Origin: an uncultured Nitrospinota bacterium
GTDB lineage: Bacteria > Tectomicrobia > Entotheonellia > J063 > CAVPRW01
Assembly (NCBI GenBank): GCA_963707985.1
Contig: CAVPRW010000045.1
Location: 64,001 to 128,000 of the forward strand
Direction of reading: 5' to 3'
DNA: 64,000 nucleotides
Position numbers and translations under genes: made by a program. Shown one piece after another: positions 32,123-44,664 of this stretch. Within the stretch, counting starts at the first letter, position 1. Every line of letters begins with the position of its first letter. Under the pieces are notes generated by a model. That model was not told where the DNA came from. It searched no databases and saw only the letters and a program-made list of their open reading frames with translations.

Positions 32123-33223
32123 GAGACGTGGTCATCAATAAAACAGCCGAGCCAGGCCTGGCCAAAGCACGACTGACCCCGTAGTATTTCTGTTATCAGA
32201 CATCGACACCATGGAGATACAGAGAGGCGACGACAAACGAGCCTACTTGTCAGCCTGGTTATCCTTGTGGATCGGCTCCCCTGGCCATCCGTCCCAGCCA
32301 AACGTCCACGAGGACGACCCAACACGTATTCCGACCGGCTCATCCTGAAGGTGCTGGTCATCATGATCATTCGCCGCCTCTATACGCCTTACGCCTTGCT
32401 GACGTTTCTTGACCAGGAGGACCCTGTGGCTCAGCAAGTGCGGCCACTTTTGTAGGAGCACGGGCGGGTTCCGACCCGCCGCACTTGGGAGCGCCGGCTC
32501 GCGGCATTCCCCCAGCACTTGCCGGGTTTGATCGGCTGCTTCGGGCGGCATCTGGTGGCAGTGCGCACACCTTGGGCCCACCACGGACGCGCCGTGGCGG
32601 TGGACAGCACGCCATTGAAAACGTGTGGCGGGGTCTGGCACAAAAAGCACAAGGACAAAGGCGAGATGCCTCATACCTCGATTGATACGGAAGCGGGGTG
32701 GTCGAAGTCTGGGTGGCACGGCTGGTGGTATGGCTGGAAACTGCATCTGGCCGTGGTGCTCGGGTCGGTCTGATCCCCCTGGCCGCAGAGCTGACGGCAG
32801 CCAATACTGCGGATAATACGATTGCGCCCCGGCTGTTGGCTCCCCTGCCCGCTGAAGTGCGCTATGTCCTGGGGGACACCCCCTATAATGCTCCAGAGGT
32901 ACGAGTCCTGTGCGAGCAGACCGATCGGGCGTTGGTGGCAACCCAGCGCGGGGCCTACCCGCATCATGATGATGGAGTGGACGTCCGGCGTATCTTCCAT
33001 AAGCTCCGCTCCCAGGCCATTGAACCGTTCAATGGTTTGTTCAAAAACGTCTTTGAGTGGCGCACCCAGATGCCCGTGAAAGGTTTGCAGCGCTCACAGC
33101 TGCTGGCGGTGGGGGCGATGGTCATTTATCAGCTGGTGTTGCGTTATCAACACGAGCACAATCTCCCCCTTGGCAAGGGGATCAAGCCCCTCTTGAGGGC
33201 AGCATGATTTATGACCACGTCTC
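32123..33223 (+). mobile_element. IS982/IS5-like IS (one stop and one frameshift)
   Basis: IRs GAGACGTGGTCAT / ATGACCACGTCTC; 8-bp target duplication ACCTAATT; motifs AVDSTPL, YGWKLHL, IEPFNG. Confidence 0.88.
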
Positions 33224-33384
33224 ACCTAATTGAAGGCCTCAACGAGATACCCATCAAAATCCTTCGCTTGTTTGGGGAAGAAGTTTGTCAACTTAATCAA
33301 ATTTCCCCCGCTTAGGGGTTGCGCAATGTCGCGTCTAAGAGTTTAAATATCTTAAAATGTTCATAAATTTTATTATATTAAAAA

Positions 33385-35319
33385 ATGCGTGAATACCTTC
33401 CTTCTACAAAAGTTTATCGGAATGTTTTAGATACCATAGGAAGCTTAATGAGCTATCAGAAGTTTGAATATCATAGGAGAATAGCGCTACTACTTATTTT
33501 CGCTTTTGGTTTGTTATTTCGTGTCATGTATTTCCAAACTCTTGCTAATACGGCCTTTCTTAAGCTCCCCCTTATTTACACACAGTCAGATATGTATACC
33601 TTTTGGGAATGGGCACAAAAGATCCTAGAGGGTGACTTACTCGGAAGAGATACATATCATTATCACTATAAATGGATGGGAGACCTCGCTTCGCAGGAAA
33701 CTTGGTATCGCTGGTGGGGAGGCAAGGAGATATTTCAGCAAGCCCCCCTCTACCCCTACTGGGTGGCCGGCATTCTGGTCTTATCGAACATCTCAATTGA
33801 ATTTGTAATCTTCTTCCAGCTTGTACTCGGGTCGCTGCATTCAATAGTCATGTATTATCTCGCACGTCGCGTTTTTAAGGAAAATGTTGGCATGGTTGCA
33901 GCTGCATTTACGGCGATTTATGGTCCGTTTATCTTTAGTCAAGGGGTATTATTGCGTGATTGGATTCCGCCGATGCTAGAACCATTAGCTCTTCTGGCAC
34001 TTCTGAAGGCGCAGTCGCATAGAAAGGCTTATCACTGGTGTCTAGCAGGTGCGATGCTGGGTTTAGCTGTTTTGACTAAAGAGACCATCTTGCTATTTCT
34101 CCCCTTCGCTTTCACATGGATACTTGTGGCCAATCGAAAAACTACCGACCAAGCATGCTCTTCCGTAGGACTTGTTGCCCTTGGCCTGCTATTGACGCTG
34201 TCTCCTCTTTTTGTACGGAATGCTCTGGTTGGTGCGCCCCTTTTCTCCATCTCGAACCGGACTGCCGAGGCGCTTATCGCAGGAAACGCCGCGGATGGTC
34301 TTCCGCTTGGCCTCTTCCATCCTCCGTCAATGAAGGTCATCCTGGAACGGTCTGAGGGGCGAACGTTCGCTGTCATTGGGGAAACCTTCAAGACGTACGC
34401 CGATAATCCTTATCGCTTTGTTGAGCTTCAACTCCTCAAACTCCGAGGAATTGCAGATCCTTTCGAGATCCCAAACAACTTGAATTTCATGTATGGTTTG
34501 GAAATCTCCCCTATTCTCCGCCTTACGTTACGTTATAGCATGATAGCCCCTCTAGCTGTGGTAGGATTCCTTTGTTCGCTGAAGATATGGAGGCAGCATC
34601 TCCTTATTGGGCTCTATGGGCTAGCGACTTTGGGAAGTCTTATGTCCACTATCATCCTAGGGAGGTATCGACTGGTTCTTGTGTCATTTTTGATCGTTTA
34701 TGCGGCTGTGGGGGTCTCCACCATCATCGACAAGCTTCGTCGCAAACAAATGTTCAGGGCGATGGCTGTAGTAGCTCTGACTCTTGGCATCGTGGGGATC
34801 CAGAACCGGTTATTGCCGATTCCTTTTCTTCGGATGATGCCAGAATTTTCCATTGACGCTCCAACATATTTTCTCTCAGCACATATCTATGCAGCAGATG
34901 GCAGGTTTGATCGTGCGTTAGAGGAATTACGGCGTCTCCGACATCAAGGGCAGCAATATCCTAACGTTCCTGAACAACTGCGGAGCATTTCTCTCTACGA
35001 AGGAGACTTTCGGGCAGCTTGGGCTATGCAATTATTGGATGAGGGTCGACCAGAACCTGCGCGAGAGCAGCTAGGGCTCGCAGAAGCCACTTACGCCGAT
35101 CATTTCCACCTCAGCAGGCCACATTACAACCTGGGGCTTCTATATTTAAGGTTCTCCGAACTCTCAAAGACTCAGGCGCTTTTCGAACGCTTTCTGGAGG
35201 TTGAATCAGAAGGGACGAGGGCAGATAGTGTAAGGCAACTTCTCTCTGGACTTAAACGTCCCAACGCATCGGACCCCTTATCTGGGACTGTGGAGCAAAA
35301 AGGGAGCGGTCATGATTGA
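33385..35319 (+). CDS. GT-C (PMT/ArnT-like) membrane glycosyltransferase with C-terminal TPR-like region
   Basis: SDMYTFWEWA; QAPLYPY; PLFVRN; GRYRL; HYNLGLLY; stop overlaps the pilD start; start may be 33448. Confidence 0.78.
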   Translation: MREYLPSTKVYRNVLDTIGSLMSYQKFEYHRRIALLLIFAFGLLFRVMYFQTLANTAFLKLPLIYTQSDMYTFWEWAQKILEGDLLGRDTYHYHYKWMGDLASQETWYRWWGGKEIFQQAPLYPYWVAGILVLSNISIEFVIFFQLVLGSLHSIVMYYLARRVFKENVGMVAAAFTAIYGPFIFSQGVLLRDWIPPMLEPLALLALLKAQSHRKAYHWCLAGAMLGLAVLTKETILLFLPFAFTWILVANRKTTDQACSSVGLVALGLLLTLSPLFVRNALVGAPLFSISNRTAEALIAGNAADGLPLGLFHPPSMKVILERSEGRTFAVIGETFKTYADNPYRFVELQLLKLRGIADPFEIPNNLNFMYGLEISPILRLTLRYSMIAPLAVVGFLCSLKIWRQHLLIGLYGLATLGSLMSTIILGRYRLVLVSFLIVYAAVGVSTIIDKLRRKQMFRAMAVVALTLGIVGIQNRLLPIPFLRMMPEFSIDAPTYFLSAHIYAADGRFDRALEELRRLRHQGQQYPNVPEQLRSISLYEGDFRAAWAMQLLDEGRPEPAREQLGLAEATYADHFHLSRPHYNLGLLYLRFSELSKTQALFERFLEVESEGTRADSVRQLLSGLKRPNASDPLSGTVEQKGSGHD

Positions 35320-36058
35320 GATTATCGTCTTTGCCTTTGGCCTGATTATTGGAAGTTTTTGTAATGTCGTCATCTATCGGCTTCCCCTAGGAAAATCAAT
35401 CGTAACGCCAGCCTCGCAGTGTCGATTCTGCCGCAGTTACATTCGTCCGTGGGATAATATCCCTCTGCTAAGTTATTTTTTGCTTAGGGGGCGGTGTCGG
35501 TTTTGTCAAGAGCCCATCTCCATGCGTTATCCTGCAGTAGAATGCATTTCCGGCACACTATTTGTGTTGCTTTATCTTAAGTTCGAGCTCACTATGACCT
35601 TCATCGTATATGCACTTCTGACGTCAGCTCTTTTGGTCATTGCTTTGATCGATCTCGACCATAAAATCATCCCTAACACCATCACTTTACCTGGTATGGC
35701 GGTGGGGCTTGGCTTGAGTTTAGTGGCTTTACCAATCACACCTCTAGCGTCGCTGTATGGTCTTATAATCGGCGGCGCGATTTTCTATCTGATGGCATTT
35801 ATCTCAAAAGGTGGAATGGGAGGCGGCGACATTAAACTGATCGCCATGATTGGAGCATTCTTGGGATTGCAGGGTGGGCTCTTTACGATCTTTACTAGTG
35901 CACTGTTAGGTTCTGTAGTAGGACTAACGCTAATGTTGCTCCGGAAAAAGGGGCGAAAAGATCGTATACCTTTTGGCCCATTTCTTTCCTGCGGGGCAAT
36001 CATTTTCATGCTCTCTGGGGATTACCTTATAGAAAGGTACCTCAATCTGTTCTCTTAA
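35312..36058 (+). CDS. pilD: Prepilin peptidase
   Basis: GSFCNVVIYRLP; two CxxC pairs; DNIP; IDLDHKIIP; GMGGGDIKL; IPFGPFL. Confidence 0.95.
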   Translation: MIEIIVFAFGLIIGSFCNVVIYRLPLGKSIVTPASQCRFCRSYIRPWDNIPLLSYFLLRGRCRFCQEPISMRYPAVECISGTLFVLLYLKFELTMTFIVYALLTSALLVIALIDLDHKIIPNTITLPGMAVGLGLSLVALPITPLASLYGLIIGGAIFYLMAFISKGGMGGGDIKLIAMIGAFLGLQGGLFTIFTSALLGSVVGLTLMLLRKKGRKDRIPFGPFLSCGAIIFMLSGDYLIERYLNLFS

Positions 36059-36261
36059 TGCAAAGAATCGCTGAAATTTTCTACCTTCCCACACGGTGGT
36101 TAGCCAATACTCCTATGTGATGTGAAATCACGTAGTAACTACTGATTATGTCGATTCTTTTCTCACACAACAAGATTCGTTAGATATTAATACAGCTGTT
36201 GATGTCCCTCTTCCTCCACGCATTTGCGTCATAGACCCACTTAAACGATAAAATAAACTAC

Positions 36262-38557
36262 GAATCTATCCCACTATTAATCGGTGAACCGATATATGGA
36301 TGCTCGCGATGGCCAGAAACGCTTCGAACCATGCCGCCATACGCTCCCCCCGGACCATCCGGCGGCGATACGTCTTCTGGAACCACGCAAACGTACGCTC
36401 GGCTTGGAACCGGGGCACCGTTTGTTTAATGGGTCTGCCTCGGGTGTTCGTTGGTCTTCCAGACGCGCGTGGGGTCTGCGCCCGCATGCCACGCTGCCGG
36501 AGCCGCCGCCGCAGGGCTTTCGCATCCTCTCCTGTGTCGGTGGCAAGGACGTTGAGACGTGTGCGGGGGCGGCCGCGGGGGCCCGTCCGCACCTTGACCG
36601 CATCGCGCCGCGGCATCACCTGGGCGCGCTCATCCCCATGGGCCGGCGTGGTGCGATGCGCCAAGGGCCTGCCATCGCCCGCCGTGAGACTATGGATGAG
36701 GCCCCCCTGGCCTGGTGCCGCCACGGGCGACGCCCTCACCCCCACCCTTCCCAGCTTACAAGGGGAGGTTTTTTGAAAATCAGGTGATGTGACTTCCCTC
36801 CTACGGCATACTGTGGGGTGTGCAAGGACCCACTACCGTACGGAGGGAAGCCATGTTTTGCCAGGCCGGATTCGACCAATGGCGGACCACTATCATGCAG
36901 CATCTGCCCCATTTGAGCAAGCCCCAGGCCACCGTGTTGGCCCTGTGGAGCTTCGGCATGGTGCTGGCCCGCTCGTGTGCCTTGACGGCGGTCAGTCACT
37001 TCTTGGCCAAGGGGATGAAACGCCAGGAGCAGACCGTGCGGCAGCAGCTACGCGAATGGTACTACGATGTCCCACGTAAGCGCGGCACGAAACGGCAAGC
37101 CTTGCCTGTCGAGACCTGTTTCCCCGTCTTGCTGAGCTGGGTGGTGAGTTGGTGGCACGGCACACAACTGGCCCTGGCCCTGGATGCCACGGCGTTGGGG
37201 ACGCGGTTTGTCGTCTTGGCGATCAGTGTGGTCTATCGCGGGTGTGCCATTCCAGTCGCCTGGGTGGTGCTGCCGGCCAATACCAAACATGCCTGGCGGC
37301 GCGAATGGCTGCGGCTGTTGCGGCAGCTGCGGCCAGCCATCCCACGCGGTTGGCAGGTGATCGTGTTGACGGATCGGGGCTTGTATGCCCCATGGCTGTT
37401 TTGGCGGATTGTGCGCTTGGGCTGGCACCCGTTTTTGCGCATCAACACGGGCGGTACCTTTCGGCCCGCCGGGGCACCGTGCTTTCGCCCCTTGAAAAGC
37501 TTTGTGCCGACGCCAGGCACGCGCTGGCGGGGCCGGGGCACGGCCTTTCAGAAAGCGGGCCGGCAGGTGGAGTGCACCCTGTTGGCCTTGTGGGAGGACG
37601 GCTATAAGGACCCGTGGTTGATCCTGACTGATCTGCCTCCTGAGGCCAGTGATGCGGCCTGGTATGGGCTGCGCGCCTGGATTGAACAGGGCTTTAAAAT
37701 CACCAAGCGTGCCGGGTGGCAGTGGCACCGCACGCGCATGACTGATCCGGAGCGGGCGGCACGGCTGTGGTTGGCCGTCGCCGTCGCGACGTTGTGGTTG
37801 CTCAGTGTGGGTGGCGAAGCGGACGAGACGATTCCCGCCAGCACGCTGCTGGACGTCACGGCGCTGTGCCCGGGGCGTCCACGGACACGCCGGGCGACCC
37901 GGCTGCGGCTGGTGAGCGTGTTTCGCCAGGGCTGGGTGGCCCTGTTGGTCGCCTTGCTGCGCCAGGAGCCGTTGCCGGAGGGCCGCTTTGTCCCGGAACC
38001 CTGGCCAGCGGTGCCTCCGTGGGAAGAAGTGACCTGCGAGCCACAGCTGGCCCTGCCGGAGGCCGCATGAGAGGCCAAGAGAGAGCCGAGGGTGGTATCT
38101 GGAGCAAAAACGATGCATATCAATGCCTTATGAAAAACCTCCCCTTGTAAGCACCCTTCCCAGGGGGAACAAGCGCCATCCACGGCGCCAGACGCCCCAT
38201 GAATCATCCCGCGTGCCTCGGCCAGCCCCAGCACCCGCGCCGGCATCGTCGCCAAGGTGCCGTCCGCCTGCCAGCGCTGCACCCATCGATGGGCCGCACT
38301 TGTTGAAGCCCAGCGAGGTCCCCGCGGCGTATCGCACCTGCGACAGCCTGTGATCAAGAGGTACCACCACGTATTGACGACCTTGCGACACGGCGTATGC
38401 GGCATCCCCCGCCCTCGCTTGGTGGGCTCTGGGGGCATGAGGTCGACACATAAGCGCCACTCCAGCTCCCTCAAGCCCGCGAATCGGCCTACCATACGGT
38501 CCTCCTTTCGTGCTGGAAGACAGGATAGCAAGAATGGCATATTAGTGGGATAGATTC
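36262..38557 (-). mobile_element. IS5-family IS, degenerate, split by an IS4-like insertion
   Basis: IRs GAATCTATCCCACTA / TAGTGGGATAGATTC; motifs LITGCR and ERTFAWF. Confidence 0.85.
36755..38151 (+). mobile_element. IS4-like IS with intact transposase (CDS 36853-38070)
   Basis: IRs CTTACAAGGGGAGGTTTTT; 12-bp target duplication CACCCTTCCCAG; motifs LALDAT, LTDRGLY, YGLRAWIEQGFKITK. Confidence 0.92.
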
Positions 38558-38740
38558 AGATGTGTATCGTCTTGTTTTTGTCAATTGAGATGGGGAGCAG
38601 ATGATCATCGAAAATGGGTCCACCTTGCCCACAGGGATGAGATGATCGTGGGATCACCTCCGTAGTTTAGTCCGTCGCCTATCGTCGTCGGGGCTGTGGC
38701 CGGGGGGGCTTTCTGGGTAGGTTTTTAAGAAGGTATAAAT

Positions 38741-40257
38741 GAGACTGTAGCATCGTTACAGAGTTTTTCTAGCGTTGACAGCGGGCATTGGTCGATGTAT
38801 CTAGGTGAACAGCGCATTCACGGGAGGACATCGCCATGCCCGAACCCGGTGAATACCGTGCCGACGTGCCAGAGGGTATCACACGTGTCGAAGACCTGCC
38901 CAAGGCCAAAGTTCGCCCGTGCAGCCGCAACTCCAAAGGGCGCAAGTGCCCTCGTTGCGGCACAAGAGCCTCTCGACTGCGGCGTGTCGAACGTCTCCTA
39001 CACGACCTCGGTGACCTGGTGTCCGGGCACCCCCACGATATGCACATCACCTATGCTCAGCATCACTGTTGCCGCTGCGGCCATTATTGCAACGCCAATA
39101 CGTCTGACTTGGCCCTTCCCGGGAGCCATGACACGCACCGAGTCGTGACCGTCGCCGTACGCTGAGTCGTGGAGGATGGGTTGCCATATCGGGCCGCCTC
39201 GTGGCACCTGTGGCGTGACCACCGGGTCTGCGTCCCCTACGCCACCCTGGAAAATTGGGTGGCGGCCCGTGGGAAAAAAAGCGGCCAAGCGGACGGCGGA
39301 GGACGACCGCACGTGGGCCCTCGCTGACTTCTCCGGGTACCTCGCTGCCGACGAACTCGACGATGGGCCCTTCGGTGGACGGTCTATGGTCGCTAACCGC
39401 CGGTTCACACGGCTCGTCTAGGAAGGCCTCGACCACAACCCTCCCCACGAAGACATCCGGCGCTGTGTCGGGCGCTTGAAGGCGGCCCTCGACGCCCGCC
39501 ACCTGACCGTCTTGGGGATCACCACCGATGCCGCGCCACTCGATCCCGGACCGATGGCCGAGATCTTTGGCCACGTCCCCCACCAGATCGGCGCCTTCCA
39601 CACCGTGGCCGAGATCACGAAGGCCGTGCTCAAGGCTGTCGCCAGGGTGCGTCAGACGCTCACGGCGCCTTTACCCAAGCTCCCGCGCGGCCGGCCGGCG
39701 TCGAAGGCCGCGACGCACAAGGCCCACGCGAAACCTGCGCTGCGGCCGCACGTCGCCGACCTCTTCGACCACCGCTTCCTTTGCGTCCAGCCCTTCCTGA
39801 CCCCTGCCGCGCGGCCGACCCTTGCGCGGCTCAGTCACGGACATCAGGAGCGGCATGCGCTGCGGGAGATTCTGGACGAAGTCTATCGTCGCTTTGACCG
39901 CCGCTGTCGGAGCGCGACAGCCTTGCAGACGCTCGCCAAGCTGCGCCGACGAGTCCGCCGCTTCACGAAGGTCGGGAAGACCCTCCAGAACCTCTGCAGT
40001 CCCAACTGGGAAAAGGCCCTCACGTTCCTTGACGATCAGCGCCTGCCGTCGACCGCCAACGCTGGGGAACGCGGCAACCGCCGTCACCGCAAGAGGCAGA
40101 AAACCGTCTCCCGCGTGCGCACGCAAGCACACATCAGTCACCGCATCGCCCTCGACATGCGGCGCGATGCCCAGGCCGAAGGGCGCCACCAGACGACACG
40201 TATGCTCCATCGGGCCGGGGTGGATTAGGCATCATTCTGTAACGATGCTACAGTCTC
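38741..40257 (+). mobile_element. IS256/ISH6-like (mutator-type) IS, degenerate
   Basis: IRs GAGACTGTAGCATCGTTACAG; 8-bp target duplication GTATAAAT; motifs AADEL, GITTD, PSTANAGER; family tentative. Confidence 0.82.
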
Positions 40258-40367
40258 GTATAAATTAACAATACTGCGGACAGAATTTAAGCAGCCACGT
40301 CATCAATGGTGCCGTCATGGCAAAGTTCCTCATAGACGGCGCTGTATTTTTCTCATCTGCCCTCAGT

Positions 40368-42038
40368 ACTCGTCAGTCATAAATTCACACACGTCAGCCA
40401 TGAGGGTCTCGTTCGCGAGAGGGTCAGGAGCAAAAACCTCAGCGTTGACGACCTTGAGCAGTTCTTGCTCGGGGTCGTTCGGCGCACCAGGAGCGTGCGG
40501 TCATACTCCGGTTGCCATTAACGGCAATGTCACCAAGGACGCGACATTACGGAAATGCCGTCGCAGCTCCTGAGCGAGGACGGCTTTGACGGTGCGCTCC
40601 GACGGCAAGGCACGACGGCGCGTGCGGAGAAACAGATGGAACCCGTCCCAGACCTGCGCGTGCAACTTCAGCGCCACCAGCTGGAGCAACCCGATGGCGA
40701 TACAGCCCAACATGACAAAACGCTCGCACGCCTCCCAGGTCCTCTGAACGGCCTCCAGATGCTCTGTGTGCGGTGCTTGCGGGTGGCATGCTTGGTGGGT
40801 TTGCGTGAGTGCCGAGGCAAGCGCTTGGACCAGAAGCGATAGGCGAAAACCCCCAGGACACTTTTGCGCATGGCCAACAGGGTTTCAATGCGCACCCTGG
40901 CACCATACCACGTCAGGGCCATCAGCGGGTCGCTTTCCAGGTCACGACACATGAGCACCAATGGGGCCGCGGCTGGTGATCGCAAAGACAACGCGGAGGG
41001 GCGCGTGTATGGGCTTCCACAACAGATTCAGTCCCAGGTAGGAGACGGATTCGACGTGGCCATAGACGGTACACGAGGCGGTGTGAAACGGCTCCTTGTG
41101 GGTTTCGAAGACCGCGGTGAGGGGGAGGGCTTTTCCATCGATGGGGGGACGACCTCGCGAGGGTGTGGCCCGCGGTGGGGCTGGTTCATAGGCCACATAG
41201 TTCTTCTTGGCTCGCGTCACGATGGTCAGGAACGGTTGTTGAAGGCGAAGCGACCACCGCGACGCAGGCGAGGTGCAGGACCGGGGCAATCGCGAAGCAG
41301 GCGTCGAGGACGAGGAGAGAGGGCGTGTCATGACGTACCGCACACTCCAAGGCCATGGAGACCAGCCGCACCGCCAGGGTGGGCCGTTGGGCCTCGTCCG
41401 TCTTGTCATCGTGCACGTGGGCGAAACCCTGATGTCAGCGGGCTTCAAGGGGCAGGCAAAAGGCCTGGGACCATGATCCGACCAGGAGGCCCACAAGGCC
41501 CCACTGATGCCCCCGGACATAGGTGGGTTGGCTCTGGGTTTCGCTCTCTTGAGGCAGGGTGACGACGCCGGGCATCCGTCTGGCGTCTTTGACCACATAG
41601 GTATGGTCGCCCACCAGCACCGGACGCCCCTGAACCATGACCGCCACGTGTTGGGCCATCACCAGACGGCTCCAGTACACCACCACGGCATCGAGACACC
41701 AGGCAGACGCATGGAAAAAGTGCAGCAGTTGGTGATCACCTGGCTCCTCCATATGCCAGAAGCGACAGAGCGAGGTGATACCCTCAACGTGGTGGCTGCC
41801 AATACAAGCCGAGGATGACCGCACAGAACATGGTCCATGGCAGATGGCGTGCAAAGAGGGGACGAAACGTCGAAAGCATCTGGGCAAGGTAGCGCAGAGC
41901 AGGCATCAGTCTTCTCCTGTGGTCCACGATGGGATCGAGGAGAATGATCGTATGCCTTTTCTCTTTTTTCGCTACCCTGCGTTTTGCAGAATCCCTTCTC
42001 GGTCTCCAGCTTGAACCGAGAACTTATGACTCGCGAGT
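40368..42038 (-). mobile_element. IS701-like IS, degenerate
   Basis: IRs ACTCGTCAGTCATAA / TTATGACTCGCGAGT; 4-bp target duplication CAGT; motifs VGDHTYVVKD, LVLDACF, YGARVRIET. Confidence 0.8.
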
Positions 42039-42534
42039 CAGTAGCTCAATGGTCTAAAATTCGATCGACGAGATGTTGATTGAACTACCGTCGCTTGAGA
42101 CGTGCCATGGAGAAAGGGGCACGAGGCTTCTCGGAGCTCTGGCGCGCCTCCAGCTTTGCGAAGCTCACGGCGCTCAGACTCGCATGCAAATGACAGCGCC
42201 ACGTGTCAGCAGAGCGCGCCTGGCCATCGTTCAGGCCCGTAAACTGTGTGGCGTCGCGGAACAGACATTCGATCTGGAAGCGCGCTTTGTCATACCGGTC
42301 GATCGTCTTGGCGGACAGCGCGACATCCGTGCTGAAGAGCAGGGCATACCGGCCGGTGGGCAGGTGGCGCACCACCACCAAGTGGCGATGACGCTTTCAC
42401 TGGGGATGATTGACCACCTGAGAGTGGCGTGTGCTGTCGGCATCACCCGCATCGAGCTCCTCAAAATGCGCCAGATGGCGGACGTCGACTTTCCCGTCGT
42501 AGGTTTTGGGGCGTCCAGGGCCAGCCCCGCGTGG

Positions 42535-43490
42535 CAGCAATTCTCATTTTGATTTTTAAGGGTCCTGAGTTGCCGGTCTCCAGCGAGGGATGCTACGATC
42601 GCAGGCTTTCCCCCACAAGCAGAGGAGGCTGGTCTATGACGAAAGCCTTGGCGTTTGATCCCCTCGTGCAGGCACTCCACGCGCAGTTGGCCTCGTTGCC
42701 GGATGACCGACAGGGGAAGAATATCCACGACGCGATCAAAGCTGCTGCCCTGGGCGCGTTTGCGGTCTTCTGTACCCCGTCGCCCTCGTTTGTGGCCTAT
42801 CAGCGGACGATGAAACCGGTCAAAGGGCGGAGCTATGCTGACCGTCTCTTTGGGATAGGTGACAGGCCCTGTGCTCATCAGATCCGGACATGGCTCGATC
42901 CCGTGGCCCCGGCCCAGCTGTTTCCGGTGTTTGCCGGCGTGTATGACGCCCTGGAAAGCGCTGGGCACTCGTCGTCGTGGCGAGTCTTCACGGACCAGCT
43001 GCTGCTCGCCTTGAATGGCACCGCATATGTTGCGTCGCACGAGATTCATGGTGATCGTTGTTCTCAGCGCACTCATCGCCATGGAGCGGTGACCTATGTT
43101 CACCAAGTCATCCCGCCGGTCATGGTCGCTCCTGGGAAACATGCGGTCATCCCCTTGGAGCCAGAGTTCATCACGCCGCCAGATGGTCATGAGCAGCAGG
43201 ACGGTGCACAGGTGGCTGCCAAGCGGTGGATGGCAGGCCACGCCAACCACTCTCAGCAGGTGACCATCTGAGGGGACGATCTCTACGGCCAACAACCCTG
43301 TTGTGCACTCCTACTCCACCACGGCTGCCACTTCATCGTGGTCTGCAAGCCCGAGTCGCACACAACGCTGGACGAGTGGCTGGCTGGGGTCGAAGCTGCG
43401 GGAGATCTTCAGCAGTGCACCATCCGCCGCTGGCATGGACGCGTTCACACCGTCCATACCTCTCGGTATGCCAACGAGGTCCCTCTACAT
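42535..43490 (+). mobile_element. ISNCY-type IS, 5' part only
   Basis: Left end CAGCAATTCTCATTTTG; ATG 42636; LPDDRQGKN..PLEPEFITPPDGHEQQD; truncated. Confidence 0.75.
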
Positions 43491-44009
43491 GGGTCTGTTC
43501 CACACTGCGTGTATAAGCACGGTTATGGGTCACAGCAATCCACGCACGTGTGGCCATCTCCAAGCCCCGCTCCGCTCGGCTATGGGTACCGTTCCAGAAC
43601 AGGTCGAGGCCGTAGGTGTGCGTCCCGCTTGTGGGCACGACACTCGGGTCCAAGGCGAGGACGTGCTCGTGGCTGTGGGGAACAACGTCGACCATAGCCG
43701 CGTGGTTGAGGCTGACAACATCCACGTCGCGCGCAAAGCAGCGCGCAAAGGTTTTTTCCTGAGACGGACTGTAGCGGCTCAAATGACGGCATGTCATGCG
43801 GCCTGGCCGCATGAGCCTCAAGCGCCTCAGGGGACACAAGCATTTCTGCTGGGGTTTCTTGAGGTGTTGCACGCGTATCCGTACCCTCTCAAACAGCCGC
43901 ACGGTTCGTGCTCCTTGTCGGTCGAGGGGGATACTCAACCTTCGTGGATGACGACTCGTGTGGCGACCCTTTCATCAACGAAAACTGTCCGCAGTATTGA
44001 ATTAATAAA

Positions 44010-44664
44010 TCATTGGTTTTCATCTCTGGGTTTTATCACGTAGGTCCAATCATCGCCGTGGAAATCGGCTGGGTAGAAGTTGACTTGGGCCGGTTCTGCA
44101 TCCGTCACCTTGTTGCCGGTCTCGTATGGGGCAGGGTCCAACGCGGCCGCGACGTGCAGTCCGGCTTCCGTCGTCGTATTGGTCATGAGCTTGACGATCA
44201 CCTCATGGCGTACCAGTGGACGACCACGCCAGTTTTTGGTGATAGGGCAACCCAAGCGATGTTCGATCGTGTTCCATTGACTGGTCCCCGGTGGAACATG
44301 GCACCCATGGACTTCTAGGCCGGTGGCGTCGCTCAACTGTTGCCGGGCTACGTTCCACAGCTGCGAGCGCCTGCCATGACTGCCGCCGCCATCGGCAGTC
44401 ATGAGGACCTGCTGCGCCTGGGGATACATCCGTTGTCCCATCCGCTACCACCATTGTTGCAAGGTGGCCACGGCAATGTCCGCCGTATCATGATCAACAC
44501 CGACGCTGACCCATCCACAGTTTTGCGTCATGTCATAGACACCAGAGGGACTGGCTTTGCCCAAGTGCTTGTCTAGAAAGTCATGCACCCGTACTCCCTC
44601 AGAAAGGCCCTGGGGTTGATACTCGCGCCCCCGATTGGCAACGTCGCCGACCAGTTCTTTTTTC
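44010..44664 (-). pseudogene. ISAzo13-family transposase, C-terminal part
   Basis: TADGGGS..PPGTSQWNTIEHR..NWRGRPL. Confidence 0.88.

Larger units (their letters stand above)
30516..33332 (+). mobile_element. IS1634-like IS, degenerate, with two nested insertions
   Basis: RLDHLG; ITHGYSKDHRPD; VADAKLY; YKSPAQAEGGFRFLKDP; tail resumes at 33224; ends approximate. Confidence 0.85.
40269..43999 (-). mobile_element. IS4-like outer element with two nested elements
   Basis: IRs CAATACTGCGGACAG / CTGTCCGCAGTATTG; transposase pieces at about 43490-43900 and 42040-42530 (ARFQIECLFRDATQFTGL). Confidence 0.8.
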
